From: an uncultured Chloroflexia bacterium
Lineage (GTDB): Bacteria; Chloroflexota; Limnocylindria; Limnocylindrales; CSP1-4
NCBI GenBank assembly: GCA_963813335.1
Contig: CAWEYL010000001.1
Span: 896,001-960,000, forward strand
Direction of reading: 5' to 3'
DNA: 64,000 nt
Position numbers and translations under genes: made by a program
Shown here: positions 8,272 through 18,364 of the stretch, piece after piece
How the letters are laid out: every line of letters starts with the position of its first letter
Numbering within the stretch: position 1 is the stretch's first letter
Notes under the pieces: generated by a model
What the model was told of the DNA's origin: nothing
The model's database searches: none
What the model saw: only the letters and a program-made list of their open reading frames with translations

Positions 8272-9390
8272 ATGGGTTTCCTGCGACGGTTTCGGGGGAA
8301 GCAGAACGCGAGCATTCCGGCGGTCACCGAGGGAGAGATTCCACTCTCCTCGGCGGCTCGGAGGACCTCGAGGTCGTCGGCGAGTCGTACTACCAGGACG
8401 CCCTTCGATCGCTAGCAGGGGCGCCGGCCGGTCGGGTTCGCGCCCACGTGACCGCCGTCCTCGTACCTGAGACCGACAACTCATACGACGCGAACGCGAT
8501 CACCGTCGCGGTTCAGGGAATGCGTGTCGGCCGGCTGTCACGGGAGACGGCCGCGATGATGCGGCCTGGGCTGATGTTCCTTGAGCAGAAGCTGGGCACT
8601 CGGGTGGCACTCGCCGGGGTGATAGCTGGCGGCGGGCCATACGACACCCTTGGGATCTTCCTGAACTACAACCCAGCGGATTTCGGGCTGGAGGTAGTGT
8701 CGGACCGGCTGCCGTCCATCAAGCTGATGGTTCGATGCGAACGGGCTTCGGCGCAGCCATCGACCGCGACGCCGCTGACGAGAGGTATGACCTCGGGTGG
8801 GTCTCGGAGCTGCCGGCGGATCCGGCCGGGATCTTGGACTTCGTCTCGGCGCGTCTCGAGACCGAAACAGTATCCCGCTCAGCGCCACTTCCTGTGGACG
8901 CAGGCCGAGGAGAGCGTCTACCGGCTGCGAGACTCTCCGGGAGCCCTTGATCTCTTCGATCAGGCGTGCGGCGAACACGACAGCGAGATGTCCACGATAT
9001 CACCAGCGCTCATTGACGTATTCGGCGGGCTGCCACTGCTTGAGGTGTACAAGCAGGCATCGATCCGTCATCAGAAGGCCCACGATTGGGAGCGAGCGGA
9101 TTGGTGGGCGCGCCGGGGCCTGGAGGTCTATGGCGCCAGCGCACTTGACCCAGCCAACGTCAGCGACCTCAGCGAGCGAGTCGCGAAGATCGCTGCACGA
9201 GTCGACCGAGAGCAGCACGCCGTCGCGCGGACGCCGCCGCGCGCGGCGGGGCAGCATCAGCGCACCGTCGACGTACACACAGGTGCTCACCTGCACGGAG
9301 TGCGGGGTCGTCTGGGAACGGCCGCCAGTTCGCGGGCGCCCCCCGAAGTCGTGCCCGACCTGCCAAGCGACCGCCTCGACGCCAACGTAA
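8272..9390 (+). CDS. HIRAN domain + helical/TPR-like region + C-terminal Zn finger (several indels)
   Basis: GGAGG 8261 then ATG 8272 (MGFLRRFRGK); VVGESYYQ and LVPETDNSYDANAI...VGRL HIRAN motifs; terminal CTEC...RGRPPKSCPTC. Confidence 0.7.
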
Positions 9391-9595
9391 GCACGGTTAC
9401 GCTCAGAGCAAAGCACGCTTTCGCGCCGCCCGCCGACCGAGTCGCCGCGGCTCCGCCCGTGCCCGCTCCGGATAGGTCGCCCAGTCGGCCAGGGCAGCCG
9501 CGCAGGCCGCGCGAAGCTCGCCGGTCGGCTCGCGGCTGCCGCGCCACCTTTCGACCGAGCGGTCGCGAGTCGCCGCGGCACGAATCGACAGTCTG

Positions 9596-10123
9596 TTGAA
9601 GCGGCGCGATGCTACGGATGACAACGTCGGACCCCGTGCAAGTGGTTGGCTAGCTCTTGGAGACGACTCCATGGCCGTGTTCAGAGACCTGAGCCTCTCA
9701 CTAGATGTCGCCGACTTTGACGGCGAGTGGGTGCTCGTCGGCGCCGAGGAGCGCTTGTTCATTCGCGACGTCCATGTATTGAATGCCACTAGGATCACGG
9801 CCGCCGAAACGACAGTGACCGTCGCCGACGCTCAATTCGTCAATCTGCCTGGCGTCGTGATCTCCCGTGAGGATGTTAATCGGCTATACACGCGGCTTGA
9901 TCTAGCCTTGACGTCCCTCGCCCGATCAAATTCGCGATGGACCTTTAGGGAGGGGATCCTTTCGGAGCGTCTCCAGTGTGTTCGCGACAGTCTCTTCATT
10001 CCGGGGCATTTTCAGCGGGATCCCCGTTTCAGCGACGACCACGCAACAGGCGGAAGGGCCATGCCCAGGTCGTCGAGCGGCGGTCGGTCTGCATGGGATT
10101 TCCCGTCAGGCTTGCCTGGCCTA
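9596..10123 (+). CDS. Hypothetical protein, boundaries uncertain
   Basis: Protein-like, lower-GC open frame (MAVFRDLSLSLDVADFDGEWVLVG...); no family recognised. Confidence 0.3.
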
Positions 10124-10163
10124 GGCAGGGCGTCGCTGACGCGCCGTCCCAGCCCTTGGCGCG

Positions 10164-10192
10164 CAGCAACTGCGGTCAGCAACTGCGGTCAG
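10164..10192. repeat. Perfect 13-bp tandem repeat CAGCAACTGCGGT x2 (+CAG), possible arm-type sites
   Basis: 10164-10176 and 10177-10189, ~40 bp inside the right att. Confidence 0.6.
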
Positions 10193-10222
10193 GCCCCGGT
10201 CCGCTCGACGCGGCCGGGGCCT
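10191..10222 (-). terminator. Hairpin downstream of tRNA-Pro
   Basis: AGGCCCCGG-T-CCGC ... GCGG-CCGGGGCCT inverted repeat 15 nt past the CCA end. Confidence 0.55.
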
Positions 10223-10237
10223 CTTCACGCTCGGAGA

Positions 10238-10314
10238 TGGTCGGGGCGGCCGGATTCGAACCGACGACCACCAGTCCCCCAGACTGGTGCGCTACCAGAC
10301 TGCGCCACGCCCCG
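10238..10314 (-). tRNA. tRNA-Pro (anticodon GGG)
   Basis: CGGGGCG TGGCGCAGTCTGGTAGCGCA CCAGT CTGGGGG ACTGG TGGTC GTCGG TTCGAAT CCGGC CGCCCCG ACCA; 77 nt, CCA encoded; TGCTAGACT extended -10 upstream. Confidence 0.97.
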
Positions 10315-10353
10315 ACAGGGGTCGAAGTCTAGCACCCGACCGCGCGGACGCCC

Positions 10354-11406
10354 CTACCCCGCCGTGCGGCCCTCGCGGGCCAGCCAGCGCTCGCGTCGGC
10401 GAGCTCGTCCTTCGACTCGCGGGCGAGCAGGTCGACCAGGCAGCGCTGCACGCTCTTGCCCTCGAACAGCGCGCGCTCGACCTCGCGGGCGATCGGCATC
10501 TCGACGCCGTAGCGGTCGGCCAGCGCGAGCGCGGCCTGGACCGTGTAGGCGCCCTCGGCCGTGCCCGGCAGCGTGGCCTCGATCTCGGCCCAGGTCCGGC
10601 CCTTGGCCAGCTCCTCGCCCAGCCGGTGGTTGCGCGACAGCGCGCGAGCCGCACGTGGCGATGAGGTCGCCCATCCCGGCCAGGCCCGCGAACGTCAGCG
10701 GGTTGGCGCCGGCCGCGATCCCGAGCCGCGTCATCTCGGCGAGGCCGCGGGTCAGCAGCCCGGCCTTGCCGTTGTCGCCGAAGCCGAGCCCGTCGGCGGC
10801 GCCGGCCGCGATGGCGACGATGTTCTTGAGCGCGCCCGCACAGCTCGACGCCGAGGATGTCCTCGTTGACGTAGAGCCGGAAGCGCCGCCGCGCGAGCCG
10901 CGCGACGATCCGCTCGCGCGAGCTCGAGGTCCGGCGAGCCGCGACCACGGCCGACGTCGGCAGGTTGCGCGCGACCTCGGCGGCGAGGTTCGGCCCCGAC
11001 AGCGCCGCGATCCGCACGGGCGGCAGCCCGCTCGCCTCGGCGATCACCTCGCTCATCCGGAGCAGCGTGCCGCCCTCGAGCCCCTTGACCACCGACACCA
11101 TCGCCGCGGAGCCCGACAGGTACGGGGCGCACACGCTCGGTGGTGGCCCGCAGGTGGGCCGATGGCGCCGCGAACACGACCAGGTCGGTGGCCGCGGCCA
11201 GCGACTCGGGATCCGCGGTCGCGATCGACGGTCTTCGGCAGGTCCACGCCGGGCAGCCGCGCCTCGTTGCGGCCCGTCTCGCGGATCCGTGCCGCCGTCT
11301 CCGGGGAGTGGCACAGGAGCGTGACCGGCTCGACCCGGGCGACGAGCCGGGCGAGCGTCGTCCCCCACGCGCCGGCGCCGATGACCGCGACGCTCGGGGC
11401 GGCCAT
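10354..11406 (-). CDS. gpsA: NAD(P)H-dependent glycerol-3-phosphate dehydrogenase (multiple indels)
   Basis: [47 protein letters not shown] spread over several frames. Confidence 0.9.
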
Positions 11407-13029
11407 CAGGAGCGGCGGGTCTTCGCTTTGCCGGCGCGTCCGTCGTGCCGGCTTCGCGCCCGCGGCCGCGCCGGCCTTCTTGCGGCGGGGCAGCTTGACC
11501 GAGGCCCGGTCGCGGAAGACCAGCTTGATCGGCGTGCCGTCGAAGCCGAAGGTCTCGCGCAGCCGGTTCTCGAGATAGCGGCGGTAGCTGAAGTGGACCG
11601 CCGACGCGTCCGAGGCGAAGAACACGAACGTCGGCGGCGCCACCGCGGCCTGGGTCGCGTAGAAGAGCTTCGGGCGGCGGCCGCGGACCGGCGGCGGCGG
11701 CGTCCGCTCGGTCGAGGCGGCCAGCATGCGGTTGAGCTCGCCGGTCCCGATCCGGCGGCGCCGCTCGGCCCAGATGTCGACCGCCGCCTCCAGCACCCGC
11801 CCGACCCGCTGGCCGGTCTTGGCGCTGATCGAGAGGATCGGGGCGAAGTCGAGGAACGGCACCTCGTTGCGGATCCACTCCACGTACTGGTCGAAGGTGC
11901 GGTCGGTCTTCTCGGTCAGGAGGTCCCACTTGTTGACCGCGATGACCAGGCCCTTGCCCTCCTCGACCACGTAGCCGGCGACGTGCGCGTCCTGGGCGGT
12001 GAGCCCCTCGACGGCATCGATGACGAGCACCGCGACGTCGGCGCGCGACAGCGCCTTGAGCGCGCGCAGGGTCGAGTACTTCTCGGCGGCGGGCCCCGAC
12101 GCGACCTTGCCGCGCCGGCGGATCCCGGCGGTGTCGATGAGGACGACCTCGCTGCGGCCCCAGGCCAGGCGCGTGTCGATCGCGTCGCGGGTCGTCCCGG
12201 GCACCTCGGACACGATCGAGCGCTCCTCGCCGAGGAGCGCGTTGAGCAGGCTCGACTTGCCGACGTTGGGCCGGCCGACGAAGGCGATCGCGGCGGGCTC
12301 GGCATCCTCGGCGGCCATCGCGGCGTCCCAGTTCGCCGCCTCGGGATCGATCGCGGCGAGGTCGATGTCGGGCTCCTCGTCGTCGCCGTCGGCCGCCGTC
12401 GCGCGTCCGGCTCGTCGCCCGACGACGAAGGGCTCGAGGCGACCCGCGGCGACCTCGTCGGCCCACGCCTCGGCATCGGCCTCGCGCGTCTTGCGCGCGA
12501 GCTCGCGCTCGCTCTCGGGCGGCAGCGACCAGACGATGGCGTCGAGCAGGTCCCCGGTCCCGCGGCCGTGCGCGGCGGAGATCGCGTAGGTCTCGTCCCA
12601 GCCCATGGCGTGGAACTCGGCGCCCTCGAGCTCGCGCTTCTCGTTGTCGGCCTTGTTGACCGCCACGATGACCGGCGCCTTGGCCCGCCGCAGGATGTTC
12701 GCGGCCTCGCTGTCCGAGGCGGTCATCCCGGTCGAGGCATCCACCACGAAGACGATGACGTCGGCCTCGGCGATGGCCAGCCGGGCCTGCTCCTGGACGC
12801 GGGCCTCGATGGGGTCGTCCGGGTCGAGCTCGAGGCCGCCGGTGTCGACGATCACGAAGCGCCGGTCGTTCCACTCGGCGTCGCCGTAGAGGCGGTCACG
12901 GGTCGTCCGGGCGCGGTCCTCCACGATGGCCGTGCGCCCGCCGACGATCCGGTTGAAGAGCGTGCTCTTGCCGACGTTGGGACGCCCGACGATGGCGACG
13001 ACCGGGAGCCCGTCCGTGCTGCCGGCCAC
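11406..13029 (-). CDS. der: Ribosome biogenesis GTPase Der
   Basis: Two GRPNVGKS P-loops, DTGG/DTAG, NKAD/NKWD and a C-terminal KH-like domain; probable TGATG overlap with gpsA. Confidence 0.95.
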
Positions 13030-13032
13030 GGG

Positions 13033-14011
13033 TCAGGCGGCGCCGGGTGTGGCGATCCGGCCCGGGGTCGGGAGCGAGGTGGTCCGGCCGGCCGGCGTGG
13101 CGGCCCCGGCGAGGGCGGCGTCGGCGAGGCGCGCGGCGTCGGCCGCCACCTCGGGCGTGCCGGCGTTCGCGTAGGATCCAGCGCACGACGTCGCGCAGGT
13201 CCTCGATCGGGGTGGACGTGCCGCCGGTGACGCCGACGACGCGCGCGTCCGCGAAGACGGACGGGTCGGTCAGGTCGGCGACGCCCTGGATCTGGATCGC
13301 GCGCGTCCCGACGATCTCGCACAGGCGCGTCAGCTCCTTGGTGTTGGCGCTGGACCGGCCGCCGACGACGACCATCAGGTCCACGTCGCGGGCCAGCTCG
13401 ACCGTGTCCTCCTGGCGGCGGATCGTGACCGGGCAGACCGTGTTGACGATCTTGAGCTCGTGCGAGCGCGAGACCATCAGCGCGGCCAGCTTCTCGAACT
13501 TCCAGGGCGGCTGGGTCGACTGGCTGATGAGCGCGAGCTTCTTGCGCCGCGGGATCGCGGCGTCCCACTCGGGCTCCTCGTCGACGACGATGACGTCCGG
13601 GGCGAAGCCGAGCAGGCCGACGACCTCGGGGTGGTTGGGCGTGCCGAGGAGCACGATCGTGTAGCCCTCGTCGACCAGCTTGCGCAGCTCGCGCTGCTCG
13701 GCGATCACCCAGGTGCAGGTCCCGTCGATGACCTCGAGGCCGCGCGCCTCGGCGCGGGCCAGCACGTCCGGTCGGACGCCGTGGGCGCGGATGACGACCG
13801 CGGCGCCGTGGTCGACGTCGTCGAGCGCCTCGACGGTCTCGATGCCGAGGTCCTGGAGCTCGCGGACCACGCCGTCGTTGTGGACGACCTGGCCGAGCGT
13901 GTGCGTCGACTTGCCGGCCGCGGCCGACTCCTTCGCCTTGTCGATCGCCTCGCGAACGCCGTAGCAGAAGCCGGTGCGCTTGGCGATGCGGACGTCCTGC
14001 ACGGTTCCCAT
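13033..14011 (-). CDS. ispH: 4-hydroxy-3-methylbut-2-enyl diphosphate reductase (indel near C-terminus)
   Basis: GFCYGV, VVHN, RAHG, DGTC, HPEV, NTVC and SSANT motifs. Confidence 0.93.
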
Positions 14012-14018
14012 GGACCGA

Positions 14019-14783
14019 TTATCGCACGGGGTCCCCGTTCGACCCCCCGTACACGCCCCGCTGGGCCGGCGGCAGCAGCGCGGCGATGCGCCGCATGATC
14101 ACGTCCGTGGCCAGGCCCTTGGCGGTCTTGCGGTCCGTGTCCGGCGGCAGGACGTCGGCCAGGCGGAACGCCTCGCCCACCCGCACCGTGACCTTGCCAC
14201 CCGGGTGCGGCAGCTTCTGGCCGCGCGGCCAGACCCCGTTCGAGCCCGAGACGCCGATCGGCACGATCGCCGCTCCGGTGCGCAGTGCGAGCACCGCCAC
14301 CCCGTCGCGCGCCTCCTGGAGCGCGCCGTCGGCGCTCCGGGTGCCCTCGGGGAAGACGAACAGGACGTGGCCCTCGTCGAGGATCCGCTTGGCCAGGCGG
14401 AACGCCTCGACGTCCGCGGCGCCGCGGTCGACCGGATGGACCCCGCCGTGGCGCGCCACGTAGCCGACGACCGGCCAGTCGAACAGCTCCTTCTTGCCGA
14501 GCCAGTGCATCCGCCGGCCGAGCGCGGGCGTCAGCCACGCCCCGAGCACGACCGGGTCGAAGTTGGACGCGTGGTTGGCCGCGATGATCACCGGCCCCTC
14601 GCGCGGGATCGCGGCCAGGTCGCCCTCGATGTGGATCCGCGACATCCCGCGGGCGAAGATCCGGGCGCCGAATGCGACCGTCGCGATCAGCGGCGTGATC
14701 GAGCTCTCGAGCGGGGCCGGCGCGGCGGGTGGCGTCGGCAGGGCGCTCGGCGCTGCCGGGGTCGACTCGTCCAGCTCGGTCAT
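14019..14783 (-). CDS. plsC: 1-acyl-sn-glycerol-3-phosphate acyltransferase
   Basis: NHASNFD and FPEGTRS motifs. Confidence 0.88.
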   Translation of the reverse strand: MTELDESTPAAPSALPTPPAAPAPLESSITPLIATVAFGARIFARGMSRIHIEGDLAAIPREGPVIIAANHASNFDPVVLGAWLTPALGRRMHWLGKKELFDWPVVGYVARHGGVHPVDRGAADVEAFRLAKRILDEGHVLFVFPEGTRSADGALQEARDGVAVLALRTGAAIVPIGVSGSNGVWPRGQKLPHPGGKVTVRVGEAFRLADVLPPDTDRKTAKGLATDVIMRRIAALLPPAQRGVYGGSNGDPVR

Positions 14784-15458
14784 CGGCGCGCCGCCGCGTC
14801 ACGGATCGCGTTGACGACCGCGGCGACCGTGTCCTCGAAGCGGTTGCCGTCGGTCGAGATGATGCGGGCGTCCTCGGCCGGCCGGAGCGGCGCGATCGGG
14901 CGACTCTTGTCGAGCTCGTCGCGGCGGCGCAGGGCCGTCAGGATCGCCTCGGCGTCGGCCCCCGCCGGGTCGAGGCCGCGCTCCCGTGTCCGCCGGCGGG
15001 CCCGCTCCTCGACCGACGCGTCGAGGAACAGCTTGAGGTCCGCGTCGGGCAGCACGACCGTCCCGATGTCGCGGCCGGCCATGATGATCGCGCCGTCCCG
15101 GGCGATCGCGCGCTGCCGCGCCAGGAGCGCCGCGCGGACCTCGGGGACCGCGGACACGGCGGACACGGCCGCGTCCACCGCCGGCCCGCGGACTTCGTCC
15201 GTGTGGTCGACGCCATCGACGAGGACCCGCGACAGGCGGCCCTCGGCGTCGGGCGAGAGGAAGACCTCGTCGACCAGGGCGCTCAGGTCCACTGGGTCGT
15301 CGACCTCCACGCCGCGGTCCTCGGCCAGCCAGGTCACGGCGCGGTAGAGCAGGCCGGTGTCGCAGAAGCGGTAGCCGAGCGCGCTGCGCCGCGGCGGCCC
15401 CCACGCTGCTCTTGCCCGACGAGCCCGGCCCGTCGAGCGCGACGATCAATCCGTCCAT
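14780..15458 (-). CDS. cmk: Cytidylate kinase (indel near 15385)
   Basis: ALDGPGSSGKSS; AGRDIGTVVLPDADLKLFLDAS. Confidence 0.92.
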
Positions 15459-15475
15459 GGCGGCAGGATAGGCGG

Positions 15476-16306
15476 TCAGCGTCCGGCGGCAGCAGGCGGC
15501 TTCGCGGGCCGGGCGCCCGTCGCTGGTCGCCGGCTGCTCCCGCCGCCGCCCGCCAGGCCGCGGATCTCGGGCGCCTTCAGCGGCCGCACGGAGCCGCTAT
15601 GGAGACCGTCGATGCGGACCGGGCCGATGCGCACCCGGACCAGCCGCTCGACCGGCGCCCCGACCGCGCCGAACATCCGGCGCAGCTGGCGCTTCCAGCC
15701 CTGCGCGAGTGTCGCCCGGTACCAATGCAGCTCCGGCGGCGCGGGGCGGATCAGCTCCACGAGCCGGGTGGTCTCGAAGCCGCTCATCGCCCGCAGGTTG
15801 GTGACCTCGGCGAGGCCCTCCTCGAGCGGGATCCCGGCCCGCAGGGCCGCCACCTGGTCGCCGTCCAGCGGCGTCCGCAGACCCAGCGCGTATTCGCGCT
15901 CGACGCCGAACCGCGGGTGGAGGACCCGCTCCGACCAGTCGCCGTCATTGGTCAGCAGCAGCATCCCCTCGGAATCCTGGTCGAGCCGGCCGACCGGGTA
16001 CAGCCGCGCGCCCTCCGGGACGAGTGCCGTCGGCAGCAGGTCGAGCACGGTCCGCGGCGCGTGCTTGTCGCGGACGGTCGAGGCGACGCCCATCGGCTTG
16101 TGGAGCAGCAGGTACGCGAGCACGCCAGCACCGCCGATGACCCGCCCGTCGACGGCGATGATCGAGCGTTCCGGGTCGGCCTGGTCGCCGACCCTGGCGA
16201 CCTTGCCGTCGACCGTGACGCGGCCCTCCGCGATGAGCGCCTCGCTCGCGCGGCGGGACGCCACGCCGGCCGACGCCAGGACCTTCTGGAGCCGCTCGGC
16301 CGGCAT
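15476..16306 (-). CDS. rluB: S4-domain rRNA pseudouridine synthase (RsuA/RluB family)
   Basis: ERLQKVLA...SRR and PVGRLDQDSEG; follows scpB. Confidence 0.85.
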   Translation of the reverse strand: MPAERLQKVLASAGVASRRASEALIAEGRVTVDGKVARVGDQADPERSIIAVDGRVIGGAGVLAYLLLHKPMGVASTVRDKHAPRTVLDLLPTALVPEGARLYPVGRLDQDSEGMLLLTNDGDWSERVLHPRFGVEREYALGLRTPLDGDQVAALRAGIPLEEGLAEVTNLRAMSGFETTRLVELIRPAPPELHWYRATLAQGWKRQLRRMFGAVGAPVERLVRVRIGPVRIDGLHSGSVRPLKAPEIRGLAGGGGSSRRPATGARPAKPPAAAGR

Positions 16307-17010
16307 CAGCCGGGGTCGTCGGTCGCGGCGATCGCGTCGTCGAGGGTGAGGCTGTCGGCCTCGGGCGGCCGCGGTGGCGGCTCCGCGCCCTCCTCGGCGA
16401 GGCGGGCCGCGACGTCCGCCTCGAGGGGCGGCAGCTCCTCAAGACTGGTCAGCCCGAACCGCTCGAGGAAGTCGAACCCGGTGCCGTACAGGAACGGGCG
16501 GCCCGGCGCATCGGAGCGGCCGAGCTCGGCGATGAGCCGGCGGTGCAGCAGCGACCTGATCGTGTAGTCGGAGTCCACGCCGCGGATCCGCTCGACCGCG
16601 GCCTTCGTCACCGGCTGGCGGTAGGCGACGATCGCCAGCGTCTCGAGCGAGGCCGTCGAGAGGCGGACGGCGTCGGCGCCGACGTAGCGGGCGACCAGCG
16701 CCCCGGCCTCGGGCGACGTCGCCAGCTCGACGCGGTCGCCGTCGACCAGCAGGCGGATCCCGCGGGCACGGAGCGAGACCTCGAGGTCGCCGAGGCGCGC
16801 GTCCACGGTCTCGCGGTCGGTCACCGCGAGGGCCGCGATCTCGCGGCGCGTGAGCGGTCGCTCGGCCACGAACAACAGCGCCTCGAGCGCGGTCTCGGTC
16901 AGCTCGATCGGCGTCGGGACGGCCTCCTCGGGGACGCCGGCGGCCGCAGCGAGCCGGTCGATCGCGGCCTGGTCCTCGATCGCGATCTCGCGGGTCTCGT
17001 CGTCGATCAC
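16306..17010 (-). CDS. scpB: SMC-Scp complex subunit ScpB
   Basis: LEALLFV, LETLAIVAYRQPVT, IRGVDS, GRPFLYGT. Confidence 0.93.
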   Translation of the reverse strand: MIDDETREIAIEDQAAIDRLAAAAGVPEEAVPTPIELTETALEALLFVAERPLTRREIAALAVTDRETVDARLGDLEVSLRARGIRLLVDGDRVELATSPEAGALVARYVGADAVRLSTASLETLAIVAYRQPVTKAAVERIRGVDSDYTIRSLLHRRLIAELGRSDAPGRPFLYGTGFDFLERFGLTSLEELPPLEADVAARLAEEGAEPPPRPPEADSLTLDDAIAATDDPG

Positions 17011-17873
17011 GCGAACGACTCCAGCGACTCGTCCAGCGGGGCGTCGACGGCATCCTCGGTCACGCCGGCCTCGGCGCGCTCCTTTGCCGTCGTCGCTCGG
17101 GCCACGATCGGGCCCCACGGGGCCGCCTGGGTGACCACGATCTCGCGCCGCTTCATCAGCTCGAGGAGGGCCAGGAAGGTGACCGCGATGACCGTCCGGT
17201 CCCGGACGCCGTTCAGCAGGTCCTGGAGCACCACCGTCGGCGCGTCACGCAGGGCGGCCCGGATGATGTCCGCGCGCTCGGTCAGCGTGATGACCCGCGG
17301 CACGACCTCGGGCGGGAGCTCCACCACCGGCGCCAGGACCACGAGGCGGTCGAGCACCTGGGCGAGCCGCCACGGGTCGATGGTCGGGGCGTCGGACGGC
17401 CGGGCACCGGCGAGCGCGGCCGCATAGGCCGCCGACGGCTCGCGCCGGAACAGCCCGATGCGGCGCGTGGCGCCCTCCATCAGGCGCAGCCCCGCGTCGC
17501 GGTGGGCGCGGTAGAGGATCAGCCGGGCGCGCAGCTCGGCCTCGGGGTCGGGCGCCTCGTCGCCGGCCGTGCCCGCCTCGAGCGCCGGCGGTCGCGGCAG
17601 CATCGCGCGGCTCTTGATCAGGATCAGCTGGCCGGCGATCGCGACGAACGAGCTGACGTTGCCGAGCCGGTCGGCCTCGAGGCCCGCCAGCGCGTCCAGG
17701 TACGCGTCGGCGAGCGCCCCGAGGGGCACCGTCAGCACGTCGAGGCGGCGCGCCTCGATGAGCGAGAGCAGCAGGCCCAGCGGCCCCTCGAACTCCGCGA
17801 CCTGGACGTGGGTGGCCGCCTCGGCCCGCCGGCCCTCCGCGATGCGCACGGCCATGACCGGCGTCCCGACCAT
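17007..17873 (-). CDS. scpA: Segregation/condensation protein A
   Basis: FEGPLGLLLSLI, LILIKSRAMLP, VTFLALLELMK. Confidence 0.93.
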   Translation of the reverse strand: MVGTPVMAVRIAEGRRAEAATHVQVAEFEGPLGLLLSLIEARRLDVLTVPLGALADAYLDALAGLEADRLGNVSSFVAIAGQLILIKSRAMLPRPPALEAGTAGDEAPDPEAELRARLILYRAHRDAGLRLMEGATRRIGLFRREPSAAYAAALAGARPSDAPTIDPWRLAQVLDRLVVLAPVVELPPEVVPRVITLTERADIIRAALRDAPTVVLQDLLNGVRDRTVIAVTFLALLELMKRREIVVTQAAPWGPIVARATTAKERAEAGVTEDAVDAPLDESLESFA

Positions 17874-18364
17874 CAGTTCGCCTCGTCCGCGACGCGCAGG
17901 GCGGCGCCCGCCACCGGGTCGCGCGGGTCGTCCTGGTAGCGGATCAGGTCCGCGGCCCGGGCCGAGCAACCGGCACGGAGCGCCAGCGCGGCCGAGGTCT
18001 CGGCATGCGTCCGCAGCCGCTCGAGCGCGGCGGCGAACCCCGGCAGCCGCCGGCCCACCGACGAGATCCGCGTCCCGTAGTGCTGTCCCAGCGAGTAGAC
18101 GACCCGCGGCCAGATGCCCGTGTCGCCCTTGCCGGCGTCGTGGAGCAGGCCGGCCAGGAGCAGGTCCGGGTCGGTCGCGCCCTCGGCGCGCAGCGAGGCG
18201 ACCACGTCCAGGCCGTGCCGACGGTCGGCGACGTGCATCGTGTCGAAGAGCGCGAGCTGCGCCGGTGTGGTCCAGGCCGCCAGCTCCGCCCGCTCTCCGG
18301 GCGACACGCTGGCCCGCAGGTGCGTCCGGAACTGGCGGACCTTACCCGCCCACCAGGAAGCCAT
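17873..18364 (-). CDS. HD-domain protein
   Basis: DRRH, LLHDAGK and terminal ADEAN motifs. Confidence 0.8.
   Translation of the reverse strand: MASWWAGKVRQFRTHLRASVSPGERAELAAWTTPAQLALFDTMHVADRRHGLDVVASLRAEGATDPDLLLAGLLHDAGKGDTGIWPRVVYSLGQHYGTRISSVGRRLPGFAAALERLRTHAETSAALALRAGCSARAADLIRYQDDPRDPVAGAALRVADEAN

Larger units (their letters stand above)
4676..10282. mobile_element. ~5.6 kb genomic island integrated at tRNA-Pro(GGG); no integrase recognised
   Basis: Flanking 50-bp direct repeat, visibly more A/T-rich than flanks, TA-like and hypothetical cargo, arm-like tandem repeats near both ends. Confidence 0.85.

Noticed and set aside
9493-9540. Perfect 10-bp inverted repeat GGCAGCCGCG/CGCGGCTGCC as a MITE/REP element
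   Set aside because: I noticed only one copy, in very GC-rich sequence, with no target duplication; at most a terminator-like hairpin
7759-10192. Short tandem repeats as a CRISPR array
   Set aside because: Units are 9-13 bp without unique spacers; no cas genes in the window
11053-13029. Der-GpsA fusion
   Set aside because: A TGATG stop/start overlap at 11404-11408 is one base out of frame and the neighbourhood is indel-rich; likely two genes
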